Assembly (NCBI GenBank): GCA_030141605.1 | Contig: JAQGDQ010000334.1 | Location: 1 to 64,000 of the forward strand | DNA from: Tubiluchus corallicola | Lineage: Eukaryota > Animalia > Priapulida | Direction: 5' to 3' | Length of the DNA: 64,000 nucleotides | Shown here: positions 33,598 to 42,971 of the stretch, in pieces | Layout of the letters: the number at the start of each line of letters is the position of its first letter | How positions within the stretch are numbered: the first letter of the stretch is position 1 | Translations under genes and position numbers: made by a program | The notes under the pieces: generated by a model | What the model was told of the DNA's origin: nothing | Database searches by the model: none | Seen by the model: only the letters and a program-made list of their open reading frames with translations

Positions 33598-34485
33598 ATG
33601 AAAAATATGCACATGGGAAAAATGTTACTTGGGAAAAACACAGAGTATCCAAAAGAGTATAGCCCAGATATTCTTACTGCAATACCTCGTTCTGAAAATA
33701 GGAAACAGTACGGTATTGATAGTTCTCCGCTTATCTTTACGGGTTTCGACACATGGCATGCTTATGAGACAGGTTTCCTCACTGAAAGCGGGCTTCCCGT
33801 AGTAGGAGCGCTAAAGCTTTCGTACTCTTCTGACAGCGACTATATTATTGAAAGCAAATCCCTGAAGCTTTATCTCAATTCCCTTAACATGTCAAGGTAT
33901 GGTAAAACCGTTGAAGAGGGGGTTGAGATAGTACGCACATTTATCAAAAAAGATATTGAAGCTGTACTACACACCAGTGTAAAGGTTAACTACTTTAATT
34001 TTTCTGATACAATAAAGCAAAAAAAAATATTTCGCAGTTTTCCCCTGCTTGAAAACATTGTTGATTCAACCTCTGTCAGGTTTTCCGATTTTAATGAAAA
34101 CCCTGCACTACTGGAATGCAAGCCCGCTGGTAGGCGTCAGAGATTTGCTACTAACCTGCTGCGGAGCAACTGTAAGGTAACTCACCAGCCCGATTGGGGA
34201 AGTGCATATATTTATATCAAAGGGGAAGCAGGTGTAACTTCGCAAAGCCTGCTAAAATATATTGTCTCATTCCGCAATGAGAACCACTTTCACGAAGAGG
34301 TGTGTGAAGTGATCTACAAACGGCTATGGGATATTTGCTTGCCGGAAGAGTTGATGGTAACCTGTATCTATACCCGGAGGGGAGGAATTGATATATGCCC
34401 GTCACGGGCAAGTCACAAAAATCTGTTGCCAAAGGATATGTTGAATGTTAATATTATGACAAAAAGCCTATTAATAGGAGGGTAA
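33598..34485 (+). CDS. queF: NADPH-dependent 7-cyano-7-deazaguanine reductase (bimodular type)
   Basis: IESKSLKLYLNS, LLRSNCKVTHQPDWG, FHEE, YTRRGGIDI. Confidence 0.95.
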   Translation: MKNMHMGKMLLGKNTEYPKEYSPDILTAIPRSENRKQYGIDSSPLIFTGFDTWHAYETGFLTESGLPVVGALKLSYSSDSDYIIESKSLKLYLNSLNMSRYGKTVEEGVEIVRTFIKKDIEAVLHTSVKVNYFNFSDTIKQKKIFRSFPLLENIVDSTSVRFSDFNENPALLECKPAGRRQRFATNLLRSNCKVTHQPDWGSAYIYIKGEAGVTSQSLLKYIVSFRNENHFHEEVCEVIYKRLWDICLPEELMVTCIYTRRGGIDICPSRASHKNLLPKDMLNVNIMTKSLLIGG

Positions 34486-34639
34486 AGTGCAGTGCGATGT
34501 ATAAACATAAATAGAAATTTTTATTAAAACCTGCTTATTTATTATTGAAAAAAATAACCTATTTTTGCACATCTGTACAATATGTGTGCTACATTTTGAC
34601 CGTAAAGTATGGTGATTAAATAAAAATTTACGATTGAAA

Positions 34640-35224
34640 ATGAGAGAAGCTACTAAAAAAAAGATTATTAAAGTGGCTCATAAAATTTTTGCAGATAAAG
34701 GGATTACTAAGGCCACTATGGTTGATATTGCAAAAGCGTCGGGAATAGGGAGAAGGACTCTCTATACATATTTTGAGACCCGTGAGGATTTGTATTGCAC
34801 AGTGGTAAAAAAAGAGATTGATGATATTATAAAGAAAATGCATGAGGTCGTTAAGGACAGGCTTTCTCCTGAAAAAAAACTTATGCGCTTTGTGTTGACT
34901 CACATGGAGGCTGTTCAGGATTTAACTAGGAGAAACAGGTACTTAAAGCTTGATTTTCTTACTAAAAATGAAAGAATTGAAAAATTGAGGCGTGACTTGG
35001 ATAAGCAGGAAAAGATTTATATAACGGCAATACTTATGGAAGGTAAAAGTAATGGTTCTTTTACTATTGAGGACCCGGAGAATGTTGCCTCTATAGCGCA
35101 CACTACCATGAAGGGGTTGGAGATGCAGTTTATCATGGACAATTTTGGAGAAGGGTGTACAAAGACACTGAAATTATTCCAGAAGATTCTGTTTAAAGGT
35201 ATTCTACCAGGTTCTAAGGGATAA
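34640..35224 (+). CDS. TetR/AcrR family regulator
   Basis: N-terminal HTH (DIAKASGIGRRTLYTYF). Confidence 0.9.
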   Translation: MREATKKKIIKVAHKIFADKGITKATMVDIAKASGIGRRTLYTYFETREDLYCTVVKKEIDDIIKKMHEVVKDRLSPEKKLMRFVLTHMEAVQDLTRRNRYLKLDFLTKNERIEKLRRDLDKQEKIYITAILMEGKSNGSFTIEDPENVASIAHTTMKGLEMQFIMDNFGEGCTKTLKLFQKILFKGILPGSKG

Positions 35225-35242
35225 GCTTATATATTATATATT

Positions 35243-36193
35243 GTGGAAAAAATGTATATTAACTCTGTATCTCATAATATTCCTGACACACGTGTCAGCA
35301 ATGAATATTTTGAAAAGATAAGTGGGCTTACTGATTCGTGGATATTTGAGCGTACCGGTATTAAAACTCGCTCAAAAGCGGCAGTAGGAGAGAATATTAA
35401 CACAATGGCAGTAAAGGCGGTAAAAAATGCCATAAAAACTCTCCCTTTTAATATCAATAGTGTCGATTTGATTGTTGGGGCCTCATATTCGCCTTGTGAT
35501 ACTGTTGCCACAATGGCGCATGTAATACAAAATGAATTTGACATTGATGCTAAAGCAGTTTACATATCTTCGGCGTGTTCGTCACTGATTAATGCGCTTG
35601 AAATAGTTGAGGGTTATTTTGCTACCGGAAAATCAAAGTGCGCTTTGATTGTAGCTTCTGAGCACAATTCTGCATATAGTGACGAGACATGTGAAAAGAG
35701 TGGGCACTTGTGGGGTGATGGCGCTTCTGCATTTTTCATTTCACAAAGACCATTGGGCAATAAGCCGGCTGAGGTACTCAATATCACTACCAGAGGGCTG
35801 GGAAACAGGGGTAAAAGCATAAAAGCGGTATATCTTAAGCCCGGGGAAGGCGGGCTTAAAATGCCTGATGGGCGGGATGTCTTCGTTCACGCCTGCCGAT
35901 ACATGAAGAAGTCGCTGGAAGAGGTTACAAGCGCATACGGTGTTGAGGTAAAAGATCTGGACTACATAATTCCCCACCAGGCAAACCAGCGAATTATAAA
36001 TAATCTTACACGACAACTTAAAGTAAGCAGATCTAGAGTGCTATCAAATATAAAGGAGTTGGGAAATACAGGCTCTGCCAGTACCGGGATATGTCTTTCT
36101 CAAAACATCGGCCTTATAGAAAGTGGCTCACTTGTAGGCCTCACTGTTTTTGGTGGGGGATACTCAGCCGGAGCTGCACTCCTTAAGTTTTAG
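35243..36193 (+). CDS. fabH: 3-oxoacyl-ACP synthase III family
   Basis: ERTGI, SACS, PHQAN, GNT catalytic motifs. Confidence 0.85.
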   Translation: MEKMYINSVSHNIPDTRVSNEYFEKISGLTDSWIFERTGIKTRSKAAVGENINTMAVKAVKNAIKTLPFNINSVDLIVGASYSPCDTVATMAHVIQNEFDIDAKAVYISSACSSLINALEIVEGYFATGKSKCALIVASEHNSAYSDETCEKSGHLWGDGASAFFISQRPLGNKPAEVLNITTRGLGNRGKSIKAVYLKPGEGGLKMPDGRDVFVHACRYMKKSLEEVTSAYGVEVKDLDYIIPHQANQRIINNLTRQLKVSRSRVLSNIKELGNTGSASTGICLSQNIGLIESGSLVGLTVFGGGYSAGAALLKF

Positions 36194-36296
36194 ATGGCTC
36201 ATGGTATAGGCCGGATATAATGAAAAACAATTACTATTTTGTAAAGCAGTGGATAGCTTTAAAAAAGAAAATATACCATAAACAGACTATATCATT

Positions 36297-37184
36297 ATGA
36301 AAAACAAGATGAGCAGAAGAGCTATGGTTGGAAGTATTGCTGGCAGTGCTGCAGCTGTGGCATCAACAGGCATACCATTTAATAGTGTGGCAGCATCGGT
36401 ACCGGGGATATCTGCCCCGCGAAAAGGGAATATTCATCACTCAGTAAGTCGTTGGTGCTATGGGAGAATACCTTTGGAAGAACTTGCAAAGGCCTGTATT
36501 GATATTGGTATTGGATCCATCGAGCTGCTGGACGAAAAGGATTGGGAGATAGTAAAAAAATATAAACTTAAATGTGCAGTAGGGAATGCCACTGAATATG
36601 GAATACCTAAAGGGTTTAATAGGGTTGAGCATCACGATAAGCTTATTGCCGATTTTGAAAAAAAGATTCCTGTTGCCGCTGAAGCCGGTATACCTAATCT
36701 CATCTGTTTTTCAGGTAACCGAGCCGGACTGAGCGACAATGACGGGCTTATAAATTGTGCAAAAGGGTTGAAAAAAATTGTCCCCATAGCCGAAGAGTAT
36801 GGTGTTACTATTATTATGGAGCTGCTAAACAGTAAAGTAAATCATAAAGATTATCAATGTGATCATACAACATGGGGAGCGGCATTATGTGAAATGGTTG
36901 ATTCTGAGAGGTTTAAGTTGCTGTATGATATCTATCACATGCAGATACAGGAGGGAGATGTGATAAATACGATTCGTAACTACCATCAGTACATAGGTCA
37001 TTACCATACTGGAGGTGTGCCGGGAAGGAATGAGCTGGATGAAACGCAGGAGTTGTACTATCCGGCCATTATGAAGGCTATTGTTGATACCGGATACACA
37101 GGTTATGTCGGACAGGAGTTTGTCCCGTCTCAAAAGGATAAACTGGCCTCTCTGCGCCAGGCAATTGATATTTGCGATATCTAG
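36297..37184 (+). CDS. Tat-exported Hyi-like (xylose isomerase-like TIM barrel) protein
   Basis: SRRAMVG Tat leader; ELLNS, LYDIYHMQ, HTGGVPGRNE, GQEF. Confidence 0.85.
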   Translation: MKNKMSRRAMVGSIAGSAAAVASTGIPFNSVAASVPGISAPRKGNIHHSVSRWCYGRIPLEELAKACIDIGIGSIELLDEKDWEIVKKYKLKCAVGNATEYGIPKGFNRVEHHDKLIADFEKKIPVAAEAGIPNLICFSGNRAGLSDNDGLINCAKGLKKIVPIAEEYGVTIIMELLNSKVNHKDYQCDHTTWGAALCEMVDSERFKLLYDIYHMQIQEGDVINTIRNYHQYIGHYHTGGVPGRNELDETQELYYPAIMKAIVDTGYTGYVGQEFVPSQKDKLASLRQAIDICDI

Positions 37185-37272
37185 GCCGCGGATGATAGTC
37201 TCCACGCACTTTTGGGTTTTTATATTCAGAAGTGTGCAGAGGAATGAATACCTTGATTCTGTAAAGGTGCTG

Positions 37273-39735
37273 CTAGTTTATTTTTAGCGGGTTAGAAACC
37301 TTGTTGCTCAATAATGCAATATTAAAAACATCAGTTGCATTTTCAACAAAATGAATTTTTAATCCTTTAACATAAATGGGCTTAATATCCTCCAGGTCTT
37401 TTTTATTTAATTTGGATAGAATCACCTCCTTTATTCCTGCTCTTTTAGCTGCCAGGATTTTCTCTTTAATCCCACCAACAGGTAAAATTTTTCCTCGCAA
37501 AGTGACTTCGCCTGTCATTGCCATGCCTTTTTTCACTTTTCTCTGAGTAAAAGCCGAAGCCAACGAGGTAATCATTGTTATCCCGGCTGAAGGCCCGTCT
37601 TTGGGAATGGCTCCCTCCGGTACGTGGATATGGACATCCCATTTTTCAAAAACATCGTATTGTATTCCTAGCGTATAGGAATGTGCTTTGATATATTCAA
37701 AAGCTATGGTAGCAGACTCTTTCATTACATCACCCAAATTACCAGTCAGTGTGAGCTTCCCTTTCCCTCCTGTGAGGCTGGTCTCGACATATAAAATTTC
37801 ACCCCCCACTGCAGTCCATGCTAGCCCTGTTACTACTCCGGCATACTCATTCCCCTCATAAACTTCGCGCATATAGGCAGGTACACCGAGATACTCACGC
37901 ACATCTTTCACCGTGACATTTTTGTTATACTTATCTCCAAATGCAATTTTACGCGCTACCCTACGAAGCAGTTTTGCAATCTGCTTATTCAACTCCCGAA
38001 CACCCGACTCTTGAGTATATTGCTCAATGATCTTTGTTATGGTGCCTTTGCTAAATGAAAGATGGCTTTTCTTTAATCCGTGATTTTTAAGTTGCGTTGG
38101 TATAAGATGGCGGTTTGCTATCTCTATTTTCTCCTCAACAAGATACCCACTAACATCAATTAATTCCATCCTGTCACATAAAGCCGGATGAATTGTATTA
38201 AGAGTGTTGGCTGTTGCTATAAACATCACTTTGGATAGGTCATAGTCAACTTCCAGATAGTTATCATGAAATTCGGAATTTTGTTCCGGGTCAAGCACTT
38301 CAAGTAGTGCTGAAGCAGGGTCGCCATGAAAATCTTTTGACACCTTGTCTACCTCATCCAAAATAAATACCGGATTGGATGATCCCGCTCTTTTAAGGCT
38401 TTGAATAATACGCCCGGGCATTGCCCCTATATATGTTTTTCTGTGCCCGCGTATCTCTGACTCATCATGTAGTCCTCCCAGACTTATACGAACATACTTT
38501 CTCCCCAGCGCTTTTGCAACTGATTTTCCCAGTGATGTTTTACCAACCCCGGGAGGCCCGTACAGACATAATATTGGTGACTTCATATCACCCTTTAGCT
38601 TCAAAACGGAAAGATGCTCCAGCATCCGATCTTTCACTTTTTCCAGGCCGTAATGATCCCTATCCAGAATTTCCTGTGCGTTCTTTAAGTCAAAATTATC
38701 TTTTGTAAACTCCTTCCATGGAAGTTCTAGTAAGGTCTCAATATATCCAACTTGAACAGAGTATTCTCCTGCTGCGGGATTCATCCTTGAGAGCTTGGAG
38801 GTCTCTTTCTCAAAAAAAATTTTTATGTCATCACTCCACTTTTTATTTTTTCCCCTCTCTTTTAACTCCAATATCTCCTGTTCGATGGGGTTGCCTCCCA
38901 GCTCATCCTGTATAGTCTTTATCTGTTGTTGCAAAAGGTACTCTTTCTGTTGCTGGTCCATATCAGTTCTCACCTTTTGCTGAATATCCTTCTTCAGCTC
39001 CAGCATCTGCACCTCCCTTAGCAGTAATGTCAGAAGCTTGGTGCCTCTGCTTTTGATATCATTACATTCGAGCAGTTCTTGCTTTTCGGCAACCTCCAAC
39101 TCTTCTGTATTATTACTCACGAAATTTATCAGAAGTGAGTCGTTATCGATGTTCTTTACTGCAAAATGCGCATTGGAAGGAACACCTTCTGCAATACTGT
39201 TAAGTTTAAGCGAAAGGTCTTTCAGCGACGCCACAACAGCTGAAAACTCTTTTGTCTTTTTAGGCTTTATATCTGCCATAGGAGTGATTGACGCACGCAT
39301 ATATGGCGACTCTTCAATGACTTTGTCAAGAGAAAAACGAATCTTCCCCTGAATAATAACAGAGGTAGAGCCATCAGGCATATCAAGCACCTTAATTATT
39401 TTAGCAACCGTACCATATTTATAAAGGTCCTTCTCATCCGGGTGGTCATTATGTCCATTTCGCTGTGCTACTGTACCGAGAAACTTATTCCCCATAGAAG
39501 CCTCCCTAATGAGCTTTAGCGACTTTGGCCGGCCAACAGAAATGGGCATAATCACTCCGGGGAAAAGCACATTATTTCTGAGTGGCAATATTGACAAAGT
39601 TTTTGGTGTCTCTTCAGGTAAAATTTCATAATCGTCACTATCAGATATAATAGGAATGACTTCGCCCTGATCTTCCAGATTTGTCGACAATATAAAACTG
39701 CCTAGGATATTTTTTTTATTACTACTACCTTCCAT
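37273..39735 (-). CDS. lon: Lon protease
   Basis: LON N-domain, [22 protein letters not shown]. Confidence 0.98.
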   Translation of the reverse strand: MEGSSNKKNILGSFILSTNLEDQGEVIPIISDSDDYEILPEETPKTLSILPLRNNVLFPGVIMPISVGRPKSLKLIREASMGNKFLGTVAQRNGHNDHPDEKDLYKYGTVAKIIKVLDMPDGSTSVIIQGKIRFSLDKVIEESPYMRASITPMADIKPKKTKEFSAVVASLKDLSLKLNSIAEGVPSNAHFAVKNIDNDSLLINFVSNNTEELEVAEKQELLECNDIKSRGTKLLTLLLREVQMLELKKDIQQKVRTDMDQQQKEYLLQQQIKTIQDELGGNPIEQEILELKERGKNKKWSDDIKIFFEKETSKLSRMNPAAGEYSVQVGYIETLLELPWKEFTKDNFDLKNAQEILDRDHYGLEKVKDRMLEHLSVLKLKGDMKSPILCLYGPPGVGKTSLGKSVAKALGRKYVRISLGGLHDESEIRGHRKTYIGAMPGRIIQSLKRAGSSNPVFILDEVDKVSKDFHGDPASALLEVLDPEQNSEFHDNYLEVDYDLSKVMFIATANTLNTIHPALCDRMELIDVSGYLVEEKIEIANRHLIPTQLKNHGLKKSHLSFSKGTITKIIEQYTQESGVRELNKQIAKLLRRVARKIAFGDKYNKNVTVKDVREYLGVPAYMREVYEGNEYAGVVTGLAWTAVGGEILYVETSLTGGKGKLTLTGNLGDVMKESATIAFEYIKAHSYTLGIQYDVFEKWDVHIHVPEGAIPKDGPSAGITMITSLASAFTQRKVKKGMAMTGEVTLRGKILPVGGIKEKILAAKRAGIKEVILSKLNKKDLEDIKPIYVKGLKIHFVENATDVFNIALLSNKVSNPLKIN

Positions 39736-39958
39736 AACAAACTTTAAAAAGAGCTGCCATTTTGACGATTTACATAATACCAAACTCTATGATTTGTTAG
39801 AGCAATTCTTATGCCAAACCGTTGTCTCATTAATCAATCGTTTTTGTGCAGGGGTTCAAAATCAAAAAGGAATTGACTTTAGCACATTTAAATGTAAAAA
39901 ATGCCATAAAAAAACCTCGCAACAACATACGAGGCCTCTCTAATAATATTTTTATTAG

Positions 39959-40222
39959 CTACCTCTTCCTTTTGTCCATATGCTGTTGATACCTATTTTT
40001 AAACTTATCTACCCGGCCAGCCGTATCAACAAGCTTCATTTTGCCTGTATAAAAAGGGTGGGAGGTGTTGGATATTTCAATTTTTATCAATGGATATTTA
40101 ATACCATCTAGTTCAACAGTCTCTTTTGATTCTGCTACAGACTTATCAATAAAGGTATGTCCGTTAGACATATCCTTGAAGACAACCAACCTGTAGTTTT
40201 CCGGGTGTATTCCCTTTTTCAT
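39959..40222 (-). CDS. rpmE2: 50S ribosomal protein L31 type B
   Basis: [17 protein letters not shown], no Zn cysteines. Confidence 0.95.
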   Translation of the reverse strand: MKKGIHPENYRLVVFKDMSNGHTFIDKSVAESKETVELDGIKYPLIKIEISNTSHPFYTGKMKLVDTAGRVDKFKNRYQQHMDKRKR

Positions 40223-40442
40223 CAGTCAATAAATTTATTTTAACTTAAAACTGTGATGTAAAGCCTACTTTTATGCTCTATGCTTTTCATCATTTGTTGA
40301 ATAAACACTTTCAGCATATACCTTACTCACATTTTAACGATTTGCAAAGTTATACATACTTAGCAAATCTACAAGGAATATTTACTTAAATCTTCCTGTT
40401 TGAAGTGAATTCTTCTTATTCCTACAACACTTTTGCGCATAT

Positions 40443-40557
40443 TGAGGCTTCTGTAAAACGAAATATTTTGGGTTAAGCGGAGGAAAAGCTTGATAATACC
40501 CCCATAGTTTACTGATATAAATGAGGGTTTTGGCAGAAGTTATTTTAATAAAAGGAT
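40443..40557 (+). repeat. Dispersed repeat copy, right end cut by IS4
   Basis: tgaggcttctgtaaaacg...tagtttactgatataaatgagggttttg...taataaaaggat, then IS end. Confidence 0.8.
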
Positions 40558-41853
40558 CACTACTGTCCACTTAAAACATACTGATTGACAGTTGATTATT
40601 ATCTCGTTCTTTGACATTATTGTAATCTAGTTTTATAAACAGCTCATTTATAGGTGATTTATCAAATAAGGAGATGCCTAAAATCTGTAGAATTTCGTAA
40701 GTTGAACTCTTAAGGTTTAGGTCATGCCCCACAATGGCAACCAAACAGTATGTTATGATTGCAGAGTAAATTTGTATTCTAACTGCATTTTCGGAATTGC
40801 CCCAAAAGTTTTTAACTTTTAAATGTTGCTTTATCCATTTGAAGAACAGCTCTACTTGCCATCTGTTTTTGTATAAGTAAGCGATATCTTCTGCGGAAAG
40901 CTCAAAATTGTTGGTCAAGAAAATGAATTCTCTTGAGGTTTCTTCATCATAGAACTTTATCCTCCTGATTTTTTCGGGGTAATCCTTAGATTGATAGAAG
41001 CCAGTTAGTTTGCCTATTTGGTCGCACTTTACACCTGTGCTCTTGTCAACGGGATTTGAATACATCCGTTTAAATTTAAGGTTGGACTTGGCTCTGACGA
41101 CGAAATATGCAGAGAGGTTTGTTATTCTGAAAAGCCGTTTAAAATCGACATACCCCCGGTCAAACACATAATAAGCGTTTGCTTCGTAAGGTATCACGTC
41201 CATTGCATTGACATCGTGTACGGAAGCTTCTGTGATATGCACAAACACTGGTATTTGTATTGTAACATCAAACAAGGTATGAAGCTTTATTCCTCCTTTT
41301 TTCTTGCGAAACTTTGCCCACCAGAATATATTCAGGCACAAGTCTATCGTTGATGAATCAAATGCATATACCTTGCCTTTGATCTTAAAGGTGTCGTTTG
41401 ATAGTTTTTTGCGCGCTACATCAATCATGTAGTATGCAAATTCCTCAAAAATCTTGCTGTTCCTTTTTTCATTGGCTTTAGCAAGATTGCTGCGGGATAC
41501 GCTCTTGCCAAAACCAAGATGGTAAGTTTTGTTGCTGTGTGCATTTACCGCAACAGTCAGGTCTCGTAAACTATCCCTGTTTGTTAACTGACCAAATATC
41601 ATACAGAGCAACTGGTTCCAACATGTAAAATGCTTGATGTACCTGTTGCCGGAATATTTAGAAACGAATTTATCAAATACCCGTCGGGGCAGAAACATGC
41701 TCAATTGGGCAAAAACATATTTACCTTTATTCATCACAGAAAATAATTTCCGCAAACATAAAGGATTCAAATCGTCACCGTTTAAATATCGCTGTAAAAT
41801 TCAGATATACTATAATTTAAAAGAACGTTTTTTACTTTTTAATGGACACTATG
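40558..41853 (-). mobile_element. IS4-family insertion sequence
   Basis: Imperfect IRs CACTACTGTCCACTTAAAA / CATAGTGTCCATTAAAAA flanking a DDE transposase. Confidence 0.85.
40571..41734 (-). CDS. IS4-family transposase (DUF4372 + DDE)
   Basis: FDSSTI, VFDRGY, YKNRWQVELFFKWIKQ (YREK). Confidence 0.93.
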   Translation of the reverse strand: MNKGKYVFAQLSMFLPRRVFDKFVSKYSGNRYIKHFTCWNQLLCMIFGQLTNRDSLRDLTVAVNAHSNKTYHLGFGKSVSRSNLAKANEKRNSKIFEEFAYYMIDVARKKLSNDTFKIKGKVYAFDSSTIDLCLNIFWWAKFRKKKGGIKLHTLFDVTIQIPVFVHITEASVHDVNAMDVIPYEANAYYVFDRGYVDFKRLFRITNLSAYFVVRAKSNLKFKRMYSNPVDKSTGVKCDQIGKLTGFYQSKDYPEKIRRIKFYDEETSREFIFLTNNFELSAEDIAYLYKNRWQVELFFKWIKQHLKVKNFWGNSENAVRIQIYSAIITYCLVAIVGHDLNLKSSTYEILQILGISLFDKSPINELFIKLDYNNVKERDNNQLSISMF

Positions 41854-41879
41854 TTGTGATATTAAATAAGTTAAAATTA

Positions 41880-41990
41880 TTTAAGGAGAATCTAATTACT
41901 AAAAAAAATCAGTCTGCTTGCATAAGTAGGAGGCTTGAGGAGGGTTCTAACAAAAATGTTAATAACGTGGTGAGTTTTGCAAAAACCTAA
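41880..41990 (+). repeat. Dispersed repeat copy, degenerate
   Basis: ggcttgaggagggttctaacaaaaatgttaataacgtggtgagttttgcaaaaaccta. Confidence 0.6.
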
Positions 41991-42105
41991 CCTCATAATG
42001 TAAGCGGAGAGAGAGGCACCCCGCTTACAAATTGCACGTACAGTTGCTGTTCTTCCCCTGCTCCCGGTGCCAACCCTTTTTCCCTGCATCATCATCCGAC
42101 CTGTC

Positions 42106-42711
42106 TCAATGATGTCTCGCCTCCTTGTAGAAGCCTTTTCCCTTACCCTTGTACTGCCTCTTCTTGCTATCAAAAACCAATCGCTGCTCCTCAGTCAGTA
42201 TTGAGCGCACTTCCTGGTGTTTCTCAGATTCTATCTTCGCAATACTAAGTTTAAGCGCCGACATCTTTTCGAGGCTTCTGTATATTTCAGCCATGTCGAC
42301 CCGGTCGGCTGTAGAGAGGGTAAGATGCTTTGCCTTTAGCTCATTCAACTGATCCCTATAAGACTTGGACTTCTTCACTCCTTCAAGCTTTATAGCTTTT
42401 ATCTGCTCTTTTTGCTCATCCGTTAGGTCTGGTAAGAATGCCTCCTTCTTTCCTCTGAGTGACTCCCCTTTTCTCAAAGCCTTTTTCTTATCCCTCTGGA
42501 CAACAGGGGCAACCTCTGCTTCCTCTCCTTCTGATAAATCATTTGCAAACACAGTAACCTCAGCCAACATATAACCATGATCCGACATACTCTCGGTCGT
42601 GAGAAGCGCATCTGAACTACTTCCAGCAGACATTCCCGTCAATACAAACGCCAATGCAGAAAGCACAGCAACAAAAATGAGAAATGAACCTTTTACTAAA
42701 ATCTTTTTCAT
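42106..42711 (-). CDS. Spy/CpxP-like periplasmic protein
   Basis: Signal peptide; LTDEQ and LTEEQ motifs. Confidence 0.75.
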   Translation of the reverse strand: MKKILVKGSFLIFVAVLSALAFVLTGMSAGSSSDALLTTESMSDHGYMLAEVTVFANDLSEGEEAEVAPVVQRDKKKALRKGESLRGKKEAFLPDLTDEQKEQIKAIKLEGVKKSKSYRDQLNELKAKHLTLSTADRVDMAEIYRSLEKMSALKLSIAKIESEKHQEVRSILTEEQRLVFDSKKRQYKGKGKGFYKEARHH

Positions 42712-42799
42712 AACACGATATTTTAAAAGTTTATAACACTATTTACGCCATCTTTGATCAAAAAGAGCATAGAAAGGTTTAATTTCACCAAATATTATT

Positions 42800-42930
42800 T
42801 GAGTCTATTACAGCACGAAATGCTTTGGCTAAGGATGAAAAGTATTCTAACGAAAAACCGTAGTTTACTAATGTTAAGTGAAGATTTTAACGAAAATATT
42901 AATAAAAAGATGAGCTTTGCAAGAATCTCA
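42800..42930 (+). repeat. Dispersed repeat (MITE-like) copy
   Basis: cgaaatgctttggctaagg...ccgtagtttactaatg...cgaaaatattaataaaaagatgagctttgcaagaatctca. Confidence 0.85.
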
Positions 42931-42971
42931 TTTTATATATTTGTCCATTAAAAAAATACAATTTACAGGAT

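Noticed and set aside
31234-34485. queCDEF as a 7-deazaguanine DNA-modification (dpd) island
   Set aside because: No dpdA/tgt paralog or dpdB-K nearby; queF points to ordinary preQ1/queuosine synthesis.
39959-40222. Zn-free L31 as a zinc-starvation paralog
   Set aside because: Type B L31 is the normal form in this phylum.
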